Below the pieces are notes generated by a model that was given only the letters and a program-made list of their open reading frames with translations, had not been told where the DNA came from and searched no databases. Positions 26,895-40,089 of a DNA stretch of 64,000 nt are shown here, piece after piece. This DNA comes from Haliotis rufescens (lineage: Eukaryota): the NCBI RefSeq assembly GCF_023055435.1, contig NW_025964001.1:16678001-16742000 (forward strand), read 5' to 3'. The position numbers and the translations under genes were made by a program. Each line of letters begins with the position of its first letter. The first letter of the stretch is position 1.

Positions 26895-27230
26895 TAAGGC
26901 GACTATGCTTGTCGTAAGAGGCGACTAACGGGATCGGGTGGTCAGGCTCCCTGACTTGGTTGATGCATGTCATCGATCCCAATTGCGTGGATCGATGCTC
27001 ATGATGTCAATCACTGGATTGTCTGGTCCAGACTCGATTACTGGAATATTGCTGAGTGCGGCGTTAAACAAAAAAAACAAAAACAAACCCCAAACAAACA
27101 AATCACATATTCGGCCCGTTGTCGAGTTGGGGTGGTAGGCATACGCGATATAGACTGACAAGTGTGACTTACATGTGACTTACATGTGCTAATTTCTGTC
27201 TTGATGGTTGATCGATTACTGAACAACTGA

Positions 27231-28001
27231 TCTCTTCCTCCAAACTGTAGACACAATACCTTCATGTTTGTGACCTCTTCCTCCAAACTGTAGACACAAT
27301 CCCTACATGTTTGTGACCTCTTCCTCCAAACTGTAGACACAATACCTTCATGTTTGTGACCTCTTCCTCCATTCTGTAGACACAATACCTTCATGTTTGT
27401 GACCTCTTCCTCCAAACTGTAGACACAATACCTTCATGTTTGTGACCTCTTCCTCCAAACTGTAGACACAATACCTTCATGTTTGTGACCTCTTCCTCCA
27501 AACTGTAGACACAATACCTTCATGTTTGTGACCTCTTCCTCCAAACTGTAGACACAATACCTTCATGTTTGTGACCTCTTCCTCCAAACAGTAGACACAA
27601 TACCGTCATGTTTGTGACCTCTTCCTCCAAACTGTAGACACAATACTTTCATGTTTGTGACCTCTTCCTCCAAACTGTAGACACAATACCTTCATGTTTG
27701 TGACCTCTTCCTCCAAACTGTAGACACAATCCCTTCATGTGTGTGACCTCTTCCTCCAAACTGTTGACACAATCCCTTCATGTGTGTGACCTCTTCCTCC
27801 AAACTGTAGACACAATACCTTCATGTTTGTGACCTCTTCCTCCAAACCGTAGACACAATACCTTCATGTTTGTGACCTCTTCCTCCAAACCGTAGACACA
27901 ATACTTTCATGTTTGTAACCTCTTCCTCCAAACTGTAGACACAATACCTTCATGTTTGTGACCTCTTCCTCCAAACCGTAGACACAATACCTTCATGTTT
28001 G
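27231..28001 (+). repeat. 43-bp minisatellite (about 18 units)
   Basis: Unit CCTCTTCCTCCAAACTGTAGACACAATACCTTCATGTTTGTGA. Confidence 0.97.
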
Positions 28002-28694
28002 TTCAAATTCAAGGTATGACTTGTAACGATATTGTTAATTCAGTTTTAATTACAAGTCTTTTGACTATACAAGCATCTACCTTGACATTGGTCATATTCT
28101 GGTTTAAAGAACAAACAAGTTCGGTTGGCAACGTTGCGTTTGCTTCTCAGTTTAGGTTAGTGAAATAACGTATTTATATATAAATTCTTATTTTGAAATT
28201 TAAGGGATTTCCGGTGATGTGATTGGTTTATTGCTGATCATATGAACCGTTCATTTTCAAAGTATAAACTTCACCTTTTGAGGTTGACACTAATTTTGAC
28301 CGGAAATACTTTTCGTGGGGAATCACCGAGTGGAACAATCTGTATTATCTCCCCTCCTCACCCATATCGTGAGGATGAGCAATGTCGGACAATAAATTAG
28401 CGTTTCGTTTTTACTCAATGTTTCATTAAACACTTATTTACATATTCGCATTACCCCTTGGATGCCACGGGGACAAATATGTCCCTCCTCTTCTACCCTC
28501 ACTTTGAAGTCGACTACAATTTAAAATACATGACCACACATACACTACATATTTTGTTCTGTGATGGAAAATTAAAATTAATGCAAATGATTTCTGAAAA
28601 TTCAAGTCTGGAATGATTTGACAAGTCTATATTGCCTCAGCTCAAGGAAATTAAGTATAGTTCTCGGCTCCATTTGGAGTTTACTTTTTATTTT

Positions 28695-28696
<2 letters not shown>

Positions 28697-28744
<48 letters not shown>
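28697..28744. repeat. (TA)n microsatellite
   Basis: Uninterrupted TA run. Confidence 0.95.
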
Positions 28745-28746
<2 letters not shown>

Positions 28747-29734
28747 AAAATGAGATAAATGATCACTCGGTGTACATGTAATATATAATAAAATAATAAA
28801 GTCCATGTTAGTCCATCATCTTTTTTATATCAGTTTCATAATAAAATTATTTTATTATATTTATATATATACTTATTTCTGCGATTATTGTTAGTCTATT
28901 TTATGACAGTCTAAATATTTTTCATCTATGTCTCAGCTAATACACAGGAAAGGTAATTTGTGTTATTTATTTAACCCTCCTTATGGCGCTAAATATATCA
29001 ATAAAATTGTTAATACTTCATCAGTAAAATGATTGTCCATTGTATGAACCTTTTACTACATCTACCATTATTCTCATAAAACATTTGGTGTTTGTTTGTT
29101 TGTTTGTGTCACTCTCTGCAATATTGCAGTAATATATATGATCATACATGACGGCAATCTGTTAATAATTTAGTCTTGACCAGACAAACCAGTGATAGTT
29201 ATTTTGAGCAACATCCCCTCGATGCCCGCGTACGATGTAACCGAACCTGTCCACCCACCAGTCGCCTCGTATGGCAGGCACAGGTTGCTAGGAATCCATC
29301 ATGATACGTATGCCCTACATTTCACAAGTACGTCTGTAGTGACCAGAACTGGGATACGACCAGAACTGGGATAAACACCGTAGAGAATTACAATTAATGG
29401 AATCTTATTTTCATTTGGCTTTTGCTATTTTATAGGAAACACTGTGTTCAGAAGTGGCCAAGATAGCTTTTTAACAGAAAATTTACTCTGTTATTAAACA
29501 TGTCACCACCTCACAAAGGTTATGATATGATAGACAATTAAATAATACATTTGGGAGTGATATCATGGTTAGAAATTAAACTTGGCAATGGGCAGTAATT
29601 ACAGATAATAAGCAACACGACCATTTTTATAGGAATTGCATTTTTTCATGAGCGATATGCATAAAAGAAGAAAGTGTATTCCGCTTTAGTTCCGCATTAC
29701 CACTTTTATACGCTGCTATATTATTTATTAATCC

Positions 29735-30180
29735 GTATGGGGTGGGATTACAGCAAGACAGAGGACCTGTTTGATAGTGGTAGAGGGAAATCTCAATGGA
29801 CAGCGCTACCGCGACGAGATCACTGGCCCTGTTGTTCTACCGTTTTGTCGTCGTCATGGCCCAGGCATTACCTTTCAACATGACAATGCCCGGTCTCATA
29901 TTGTTCGACTTGTTCAGGATTCTCTTCAACAAACTAACGTAATTGTCATCCCCTGGCCGGCTCACTCCCCTGATCTCTCACCAATCGAGCACATATGGGA
30001 TGAGATGGATCGGCGCCTTCGACGTCAACCACGTGTTCCACAGACACAGCAGGAACTTCAAACATGCTCCAGCAGATATGGACAGATATCCCACAGGACT
30101 TTGTGCGACGCCTGGTCTATTCCATGAGACGAAGACGTGTTGCTTGCATTGCAGCCAGAGGTGGACACACACACTATTGA
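29735..30180 (+). pseudogene. Tc1 (DD34E-type) transposase 3' fragment; the element end continues at about 31400-31535 after the LINE insertion
   Basis: VWGG...GNLNGQRYRDEI...FQHDNARSH...WPAHSPDLSPIEHIWDEM, frameshift, then GGHTHY*. Confidence 0.88.
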
Positions 30181-30237
30181 TTTGTAAATTAACATTTTGG
30201 CATGTTCATGTTTTTTATGAAATCACGCATTTTCTGA

Positions 30238-31400
30238 AGTCAATCAATCAATCTTTATTGTATGAAAGGCCATTTGCCCATATATACATACAGATAAACA
30301 ATATCATTTACAGCTGTACAGCGCATTATATAATTATTGGATAACTAATATGATGCTTGACATGTAATAGAGGTATTGTAATAACAGTGGTAATAACCAC
30401 AGTGGCAGCAGTAGTAGTATAAAATACAAAAGGAATACAAAAGGAATGGAATGGAAATATGAAGTTTTACGTCGCAAAGGCTTTCAGCCATAGCACGACG
30501 TTCAATACAAAAGGATCTATCAGTAATATACTCATCATGTCATGACAATTTGACAATTTAGATGTATATGCATTTCTAGTAGAAACAAACAGACAAAAAT
30601 GAAATGTAGATACTCCTGAATTAGATGCGAAAGTTTCAAAACAACTAATTATTTCTGGACATATCGGATTTACTAAGTAATTTACTACGCACTCGTAGAC
30701 TTTTATAGATGTATTGTAATATCTTAGTTAATTTTTGACTAGGGATACCATTAAAAGATAATATTTTGTTCATGGAATAGTGGTTCTTAGTGATATCAGG
30801 CATACATTTCAATCTTAGGGTGTCGTAAATTGGACATATAAACAAAAAGTGTAATTTGTTTTCAATATGGTTTTCGCAGAATGGACAAAAACGCATATCC
30901 TTAGGAATAGAGGAGAAGCGACCCCTGTTGCACATCAAATCATTTAACCCTAGCCTGAGTTTAATAAATGTGTCTCTAATTTTTCTCTCTGTTATAGTAT
31001 GCAGGTAAACCTCTGGTGTTAGACAATATTTAAAGGTTTTATAGACGTCGTAGCGTGTACTGTTATCTAGTGACGACCTCCAGTTTTGAGTAAACATATC
31101 AATTGCTACCTGCTTAAAAGAGCTAAGAAAATACATTTTGTCTCCAACGCTTTGATTTAGCCAAACATATCCAAAGCCGTGAGAGAAGAGTAAATGCTTA
31201 ATGTTTGATGCCCAGGTTACGTAACCAACACTATCACGATAGACAAGCATTTCGTAGCATTTTCTTGGGATTCGTTCCCACGACATCTCTGTTATTTTGA
31301 GCCAGTATCTGAGTAAACGTAAATATGAACAAATATATAACGGGTATCTACCACATTCGCCATAGACCATATGACTTGGAGCTGATTCAGAAACATTTAG
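30238..31400 (-). mobile_element. 5'-truncated non-LTR retrotransposon (RTE-X/L2-group-like): ORF2 C-terminus, 3' UTR and (GATT)n tail
   Basis: ORF 31370-30645 with VYGECGRYPLY, YKTFK...EVYL, KLRLG and the C-terminal zinc-finger-like CPFC...E..LHFLFICPIY. The minus strand ends AATAAAGATTGATTGATTGA. Clade assignment is uncertain. Confidence 0.82.
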
Positions 31401-31544
31401 TATGACAAATTAAACCATTTGAACATTTACTGGAGTCTTTTATCTGTTGCAAACAGAAATTGTTTCAGATTTGGTAAAAAACATAACTTTGCATTAAATC
31501 TTATTTATTGCACAGGATCTTTTGTTGTTTAGTATATATTATTA

Positions 31545-33125
31545 CTTATATGGCCTCGACCAGAAAAAGGGAGAGCCTAGTGGTTAAAACATTGGCTCGT
31601 GACACCGAAGACCTGGGTTGATATCCAATATGGGTACAATGAGTGAAGCCCATTTCTGGTGTCCCCCAGTGATATTGCTGGAATATTGCTAAAAGCAGCA
31701 TTAAACCATAGTAACTTACTCGCTCAACCATAAATGGAATAACACCTTTAAAATCTACAGTTGGAATCTTAAGATTTGTTCTCGGCTGATGATAATAAAT
31801 AACATTTCGCACTTGTGAGTAGAATGTGAATGCAATGGGTTAATACTGTTAATTTTACAAGATTTTTGACAATATTAAGACTCATATTGCCTCGACCATA
31901 AATGGAATAATGCCATTAAAATCTACAATTAATGGAATCTTAAGATTTCTTCACGACTACTGATAGTAAATTCTTGTGAGCAGAATCTGAATGCAATGGG
32001 TCAGTATTTCTAATTTTAAGAGATTTTTGACTATTTTATGACTCATATCACCTTGACCAAAAGTGGGATAATGCCTTTAAAATCTACAATTAATGGAATC
32101 TTAAGATTTCTTGTTGGCTGCAGAAAGTAAATAACATTTCACACTTGTGAGCAGAATCTGAATGCAATGGGTCAATATTTCTAATTGTAAGAGATTTTTT
32201 ACTATATTATGACTCGTATCACCTTGACCAGAAGTGGGATAATGCCTTTAAAATCTACAATTAATGGAATCTTAAGATTTCTTGTCGGTTGATGATAGTA
32301 AATAATATTTCACACTTATGAGCAGAATCTTAATGTAATGGGTCAGTATTTCTAATTTTAAGAGATTTTTTACTATATCATGACTCATATCACCTTGACC
32401 AGAAGTGGGATAATGCCTTTAAAATCTACAATTAATGGAATCTTAAGATTTCTTCTCGGTTGATGACAGTCAATAACATTTCACACTTGTGAGCAAAATC
32501 TTTATGTAATGGGTCAATATTTCTAATTTTAAGAGATTTTTGACTATATTTTGACCCATATCACCTTGACCAGAAGTGCGATAATGCCTTTAAAAGTACA
32601 ATTAATGGAATCTAAAGGTTTCTTCTCGGTTTATGATAGTAAATAATATTTCACACTTGTGAGCAGAATCTTTATGTTATGGGTCAATAATACTAATTGT
32701 AAGAGATTTTTGACTATTTTATGACTCATATCACCTTGACCAGAAGTGGGATAATGCCTTTAAAATCTACAATTAATGGAATCTTAAGATTTCTTGTCGG
32801 TTGATGATAGTAAATAACATTTCAAACCTATGAACAAAGGTCTAAATGTAATGGGTCAGTATTTCTAATTTTAAGAGATTTTTTACTATATCATGACTCA
32901 TATCACCTTGACCAGAAGTGGGATAATGCCTTTAAAATCTACAATTAATGGAATCTAAAGATTTCTTCTCGGTTGATGATAGTAAATAATATTTCACACT
33001 TGTGGACTGAATCTTAATGTAATGGGTCAATACTGCTATTTATAAGAGACCTTTTACTATATTATCACTCATGTCCCTTTGACCAGAAATGGGATAGCCC
33101 TTTCACATGTACAAATAATGGAATA
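31545..33125 (+). repeat. About 171-bp satellite array (about 8 units)
   Basis: The anchor ACCTTGACCAGAAGTG recurs at 32221, 32392, 32563, 32733 and 32905. Confidence 0.95.
31572..31724 (+). mobile_element. SINE family A
   Basis: Diverged match to the family A consensus, inserted in the first satellite unit. Confidence 0.75.
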
Positions 33126-33527
33126 CTTGTAGCTGATTTTTATTAATTATCGATTAGATATTTACCCTTGTATTACTGTAATTAAGCCGTGCAGAAGCGG
33201 CATAACACCTTTAAAATTTATTAACTGTTGAATATTTATAATTAATTTTAGCTTTTGAAAGTGATTAGGACCACAAACTTAGATAATATTGAGGGAGGTC
33301 ATGATTGGTACTTTTATAGCAGTATTATACCAGTAAGTGTGTTACACAAGGAGTGTCAGAATTCAGAAATTCTTGTATTTACCGAGTGAGGGTGAAGGTA
33401 ATACATGGATTCTTACATGAGTTTTGTAAAACAGAATATGTACTGTGTTTATCCACGTTTATCCACGTAATGCCAATCGCCAAGCACGGGTACTATCTTA
33501 TTCCGTGTATTTTATCTTCCGCTGTCA

Positions 33528-33695
33528 GGGGTGCGATTGGTTAGCCTATTGGTCAAAGCGTTCGCTCGTCACGTCGAAGGCCCGGGTTCGATTCCCATCA
33601 TGTGTTCAATGAGTAAACCCTATTTCTGGTGTCCCATGATACTCCAGGAATGCTGCTAAAAGCAGTGTAAATACATATTCACCCACTTACTCACT
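33528..33695 (+). mobile_element. SINE family A
   Basis: A and B boxes plus the shared tail. Confidence 0.75.
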
Positions 33696-34170
33696 CCTTC
33701 TGCAGACGTCTATCCACTAGACCACTCAGGCAGTTGATTTCGTGTAGAAGGGGTCCCCAGCAACACATGCTTAATTTTAATTGTCTTACTAGGTGACTTC
33801 ATGGATCGGAGGTTCAACGTCCTCCGACGTGCTGGATGTTTGCTTATAATTACAATCACTATTTTGCTCTCTGCCCATGTGGACCAACATTTTACTGCAA
33901 GAACCAGTAACAGCAAAGCTGACCATGCAGGTAATATTCTCTTGATCGGATGGGGAGTCCGGCTTAGAATCGTATAATGAGAGGCGACTAACGAGCCTCG
34001 GGTAGTCAGGTTCGTTATTTGGTTGATTGCGAGACATCGTACATGTCGGCGTGGGACGTTGTTCATACTTAAACCAATCGTTTATTTACATGTATTTATA
34101 TCGGGGTACATGACACACAATTAACGAAGTCACTATACAAACATGCCCACCCGGTCCATCGATTGTGGTG

Positions 34171-34442
34171 CCCGTGAAGACCCGGGGTAGAATAGGTCTT
34201 TTCAGCAATCCATGCTTGCCCTAAAAGGCGACTATGCTTCTCGTAAAAGGCAGCTAACGGGATCGGGTGGTCTGGCTCACTGACTTGGTTGATGCATGTC
34301 ATCGTATCCCAAATGCATGGATCGATGCTCATGATGTCTATCACTGGATTGTCCGTGTTTTCTGGTCCAGACTCGATTATTTACAGACCGCCGTCATATA
34401 GCTGGAATATTGCTCAGTGCGGCGTTAAACAACCAACCAACC
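34171..34442 (+). mobile_element. SINE family B, full length
   Basis: CCCGTGAAGACCCGGGGTAGAATAGGTC head through to the GCGGCGTTAAAC(AACC)n tail. Confidence 0.85.
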
Positions 34443-36155
34443 ATCGATTGTCGCCTAACATGACAAGCGAAGCGGTGGGTATATTTTAAGCAATGCCCAA
34501 CATAGACATACACAATGCACTGTCCATGGATCATCGTGATTTTAGGCTAGATATATAAATATATTATTTCGACTTGCTTCAATATATCTTTCCTTTATTT
34601 CAAATTGAAGCTGCCTGGTTCCTAAAATACTATGGAGTAAGAGTCATATCCGTCTTACCGCCTATATCTGTTAGTTATACATTTATATTTATACATTCAT
34701 TATAAATTTGCACACCAAACTTCTGAGCTTGCATTACCTGCATCATGTATATGTGATAGGGTTAAGTTAAGGAGGTATTTGAGGTTACCACTAACTTGTA
34801 TATGTGGGTAGAATGCCATTCTGAAACAATCGTCAATATCCAGCTTGGATACTTCTTAGCATGTTTCAAAGCTTACATTGGTCTGCATCTACAGCATTCT
34901 GAAGTATGTAAAATATAATACATCCGATACAAACCCTCTATCGTTATCTATCGTTCTGAGTGATGTATCCCCACACCCCGCGTTTCATTCTGAGTAATGT
35001 ATATTTTATGTCCGATGTACCTGTGTACTTCCCCGTAACTTTGTAAAGAAGAATTATAAAACACTTTCATCTTGTGTAATTTTCGCCTCAGTCTTCTGGC
35101 AAACCATATACAATTAACCCATCGAACTAATTAAAAGAAGTGGAAAGAGCTTGTCTAAATACAGAGGCATGTGAAATAATTGTTTTGAAATTATATAAAT
35201 ATGATTTCTCACATCTACTCATGTGTGAATTACAAGGATTCCCTTCAGCAGTTACATTAAATAAATTAATGAGGATACATGTTTTGCATTTCTATTCAGA
35301 TCGTGGGATTGGAGGAGACCGCACGTTAAATTAAACAGAATACGGAAAATTGTTTACAGTTACAAACAAAACAAAATCTAAATGGAATGCATAATGTGTC
35401 GGGGCTCTTTTATTTAACGGCCACAATCCGAAATATTTCAGAAACCCCTCGAGTTACCGCTTTTACTTTTGTAATATGGCCGATTCCATTACATTCTATA
35501 CACTATTGTGACCACAATGTGATGTAGAAACACATCCTTGATTTCAATTATTGATCTAATTATAACATAATTTGTTAAAAGAAATATCGCACAGACACTG
35601 TGACATTTGTGCATAAATGTGAATTGCCGCACAGAAAGGCGTGTGAATATTTGTCAAGTACAAAATAACAAAAAAATAATAATAACTAAAGATGTTTCCA
35701 ATTTATAGTGAAGAATTTAATGTGCGTTATTTATTTGGAATGGGACATGGAAATATACAAAAGATCATATTCAGTACGGTCCCCCCCCCCCCCCCCCCCC
35801 CCCCTATAAACTAAATCATATTCCGCATATATATCGCCATGTGTTTTAGAGCTAACCGAAAGCATTACCGCTGTAAATGGGGTTTTGCGAAATTGTGGAC
35901 TGTTTATCCCAGTTCTGGGCCCGGTTGTTCAGAACCCGGTTATTTTAACGTCAGGTTAACTCCTAACCAACCGTTAAATATTTAACCACACGTTAGTTAA
36001 CCAGCCGTTAAAATACTGTTGCAGGATCAATAGATAACCATTAGGTTAGCTAACCACTCGGTTAAATTTTAACATCTTGGTTAAAGCACCGATTAGGTAA
36101 ATATTATCCCAGAATTCCAAGCGTTAGTACTTCCGTCACTGTGTCGTATCGAATA

Positions 36156-37888
36156 ATGGCCGAAACAGCGTCGATGACTGAGGAAACTCCAAGAAAAATA
36201 AGAAAGAAAAGAAACAGGAATTTTTCTGTGGATGAAGAAAATATCATCCAGTCAATGGTGGAGAGTAATTCACAAGTACTTCATGAAAAACTGAGCAGTG
36301 AAGTTACCAATAAGAAAAAGTCTGCTATTTGGATGGCTATCACCAAGACAGTCAACATGAAGGGCGTAGCGCTTCGATCTGTTGATGAGGTGAAGGAGAA
36401 ATGGAGCAACATGACAAGAAAGGCCAAGAAAACCTTCACGGACTACAGGCTGCAACAGAGGAAGACCGGAGGGGGACCCCCACCATCCGAACCGAGTCAG
36501 GCTACTTCTCGAATTATTGAGATAATGCAAGATTCAGCAAGTTTCAGCGGGATATCAGGGGGCTTAGAATCGGAAATTCTTCCAAGTAAGTGCTTTCATA
36601 GTAACATATTTTATAAAAGCTGTCAATCTGTGCTGAAATAAGGGTATATCTATGGAATTGTACTAAGCCGCCTACTCATTTTCATACGTTCGAAAGTCGT
36701 CTGTTTATGTTGACACGGAATATCCCTTTTCTATATTTAGACATGACCTTGAACTTTTTCGAAAGAATGTGTTTGCCTCCCATCTCTACAATATATGAAC
36801 AATGCAGCCAACTTTGTATGAACTTTTACTATTCACGTGAGATTCACGAGTATTATTATTATATCAACCCAGTCTACGATGCTGTAAACCGTAGAAACGA
36901 ATATAAGATTGTTGAACACAATTTCGTGAGCCTCCATCAGGCGACGGAATGTGACGCAATTTCTCTTCTGTGGTGTCAACATCGAGTCTAAAGCCTATTG
37001 TTTTAGCAAGAGCGGGATATCTGCTGTAACAGTGGATACGTAAAGTAATGCTATTCCAAAAACTTATGACAAACCTGACTTGGTCACGTTTATATTTCAC
37101 AAATTCATCTGTGAGCAAAGATTATTTATGAGCACGCTTCCGCTCCTCCATATGTAGAGGTCAAGGTCAGTAAGGTAAATTATTGTGAAGCGGTAGTAAA
37201 ATGAATTTAATGAAAATATAATAAAATGAATAATTCAGTTACACACATTAAAACGAAACGAATAGTCAGAGCCATAAAGACACAGTCAACATAATTTCGG
37301 TCTCCTGAATTTGCAATGAAGTGAATATTCTGTTGATGTTAGTCAATACATTAATACCCAATACCATTCAAAGTATATTGTCTTTCTCTGAATCATAAAT
37401 GATTAAAACAAGAGTAGATCCGTATATAAGTTTTCTTAAGCCGTAATCCCTAATAGAAACACAGACAAAACCATAAATATTTCTATTGATAATTTTTTAT
37501 TCCTCCAGGTTGTGCTGAACGTTCATCAGTGGCTGATCCTGGGTTGCCAACTGGTGCCACAGATCCTACTCCAGCAGCTACTACCTCAACCCCAACATCA
37601 CAAAGTCCTGAAGTCAGAGAATCTCAAGAAACAGAGCACAGTGAAGCAGCACCAAGACTTGATGACGGACGTCCAGCCAGGCAACTCAAGTTCAGAAAAG
37701 AAATTACAAAACTTAGTTCTTCAGAAAGAGTCTACCAATTACAGGAAAGAGTTCTATCAGGAGAGCTAGAAAAACAGGAAATGGAAAAAAAGAAACTTAA
37801 GCTACAAATTCAACTCCTTGAGCAAATACTACAACGTGATGATATTGACAATTTCAGTCCATCTCAACTGTTACTTTCTATGATGTAA
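36156..37888 (+). CDS. Harbinger Myb/SANT-like DNA-binding protein, about 269 aa
   Basis: Exons 36156-36585 and 37509-37888 join in frame. Motif RNRNFSVDEE...KKSAIW..I...VN....RSVDEVKEKWSNM...KTGGGP, with a C-terminal coiled coil. Confidence 0.9.
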
Positions 37889-37946
37889 TAAACCTGCAGT
37901 TTAATTATCACTATATTTAATTCTTGTGTCCTCTGTTTGTAGTTTA

Positions 37947-39642
37947 TTAGCTGGAGAAGAAGGTATTGGCAATATGATCTCTAATGCCTCGTCCATCATG
38001 CCTTCCGCCATGTGTGTCCACTGTTGGCTGTTCATCTGGGTTGTCGTTGTCATCTTGTAATGGCTCATTCAGTAATATGGATATATTGTGGAGGACAGCA
38101 CAGGCAAGGACAATCTGACACCCACGGCGTGGACTCATCCTTATCTGTTGAATAAACAAGAAATGTTTGTGTCAAATACATAAATACAGAATGGCACATT
38201 TAAATCTACATTTTAGAAGCAACTTGTTTGCTTCTTTGAATTATTAATATAATTACTAGTAATTGGATATGTTAGTTAGGATTATTGGAAAATTATTTGT
38301 TTCTGCTATGTGGTCGATGTAAAATGTGAACCATTGGAACACACAACACCATGACTCCAAACCTTAAAGTTATGAAAAAAAATCAAGATTAGATGTAGAA
38401 AAGTAAAACATTGGTCAAATTAAGTACACAAATATACTATGCATATTTACCTCAGAATGAAGTACATGAAACCGTCTTTTCCATCGACCAAATGTTCTTT
38501 CTATTGTAACTCTTGTAGCACACAAGCTGTCATTGTATCTCTGCTGAGCATTGCCTTGTGGAGTCATGTATGGGGTTTGGAGAAAAGGCCTGCAAGGATA
38601 TCCACTGTCTCCCAATAGAAAGCCATCTGATATTGAAGTGTGCGACCTCTCTAAGAATTCACACAAAGTAGAGGTTCTAAATATGTGGCTATCATGAGTT
38701 GATCCCGGCCATTTAGCACACACATTCGTAAATTTACCTACAAATTAGACAATAATTAAAACAATAAGCAATGTTCGTGATGGATTAATGGATTTTCTAT
38801 TATAGGCATATATATTATATATTACAAACTTCTTACAGCTATATTTTCTTAAAATTACAGTCTCTTGACACAGCTTTGAGCTGAAAAGAACTTTAAAAAC
38901 ATCCCTTGTTAGCTGACTAGAATATCCCATTTGTATTTATTAAGAGTAATGAGAGCATTTACGCAAACCTTTCATTATTTATCTAATTCCGAATCTTTTT
39001 AATGCGGAATTTTATAGACCTTGGAAGGGAAGCTACTCTAATTGCAAAAAGGGACAGTACTCTAATCTCACAAGACGTACCTTCGTGGTCACACACTGCC
39101 TGTACGTTGATACTGTGGTATCCTTTCCGATTAACGTAAGCTGGTTCATCCCTGGTCGGTGCCTGAATACGTATGTGCGTACCATCAATGCAACCTAGGA
39201 CACTCGGAAAACCACCAAGGGCGAAAAATCCATCTTGAACCTGACGTATGTAGCATTCTCGTGTTGGCCATTTTATGAATTCGTTCTTTCTTTTAACCAA
39301 GGCATCAGTCACATCGACTATGACACGTGAAACTGTACTTTTGTCCACCCCTATCGTATCACCAATCACTTGAAGGAAACTACCACTTGCGTAAAAACGG
39401 AAAGCTATCATCAGTTGTTGATTGACGTTTAGAGCATGGCTACGTTGTGTAGGGCGCTCCAAATCTTCCCTCAGTATATTGGCGATGTAGTTGATAGATT
39501 CCCGCCCAAATCTGTACCTATCACAAAGTTCACTGTCTGTGTAGTTTATTAATGCAAAATTTACAGCTCGGAATCGCTTCTGTTGTCTCGCATTAACCTC
39601 TGGAACCATGAAAGCGGCGCTAGGCCTAACCATGAACGCCAT
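37947..39642 (-). CDS. Harbinger DDE transposase (HARBI1-like), about 348 aa
   Basis: Exons 39642-39081, 38737-38451, 38144-37947 join in frame with GT/AG. Motifs [54 protein letters not shown] and ACAVLHN. Confidence 0.93.
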
Positions 39643-40089
39643 TTTGTTTCAAAGATAACCAAGGTGTTAAGTATTTAACAGAGGTCAGGAGGTGTGTTAA
39701 CTTTAACGGGTGTTTAACCAGTCGTTAAAGATAACCATGCTTTGGGAAACAACATAACCATTTGGTTAAATTTAACGGAGAGTTAACACTGACTTAACGG
39801 CTGGTTAAGAGTTAACCGGGTTCTGAACAACCGGGCCCTGGTCGCTACATACCTCTACCGTTAGTTAGCTTGACCCCAATCCCCTAACTCCACATCCGCA
39901 ACCCCACTTTGTTACACCACGTGATCAGCCCGCTCAGCTTTTAAACACACACAGGGTTCCGACTGCGTTTTAGCCTGTAACCCATATTTACCGAGCCCCT
40001 CTCTCAACACAGATAGGACTTATCGATCAGTCTCCTAACTTGGACACGTGGATTTTAAAGAGACCCATAACGAGGCTTATGGTTCGAAG

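Larger units (their letters stand above)
35918..39837. mobile_element. Autonomous PIF/Harbinger DNA transposon, 3920 bp
   Basis: Perfect 25-bp TIR GGCCCGGTTGTTCAGAACCCGGTTA, CTG TSD (35915-35917, 39838-39840), and convergent Myb/SANT and transposase genes. Confidence 0.95.
29335..39849. mobile_element. Unclassified non-autonomous TIR element (TGT...ACA, 26-bp TIR, 6-bp TSD) carrying a satellite and nested insertions
   Basis: Left TIR TGTAGTGACCAGAACTGGGATA[17-bp duplication]AACA. Right TIR TGTTTATCCCAGTTCTG|GTCGCTACA is split by the Harbinger. Flanks are TACGTC (29329-29334) and TACCTC (39850-39855). Confidence 0.7.

Noticed and set aside
27231-28001. 43-bp repeats as a CRISPR array or repeat protein
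   Set aside because: Head-to-tail units without spacers, a unit length not divisible by 3, and a eukaryotic context.
36640-37450. Possible nested element in the Harbinger Myb-gene intron
   Set aside because: Only AGGG...CCCT ends match; there is no convincing TIR.
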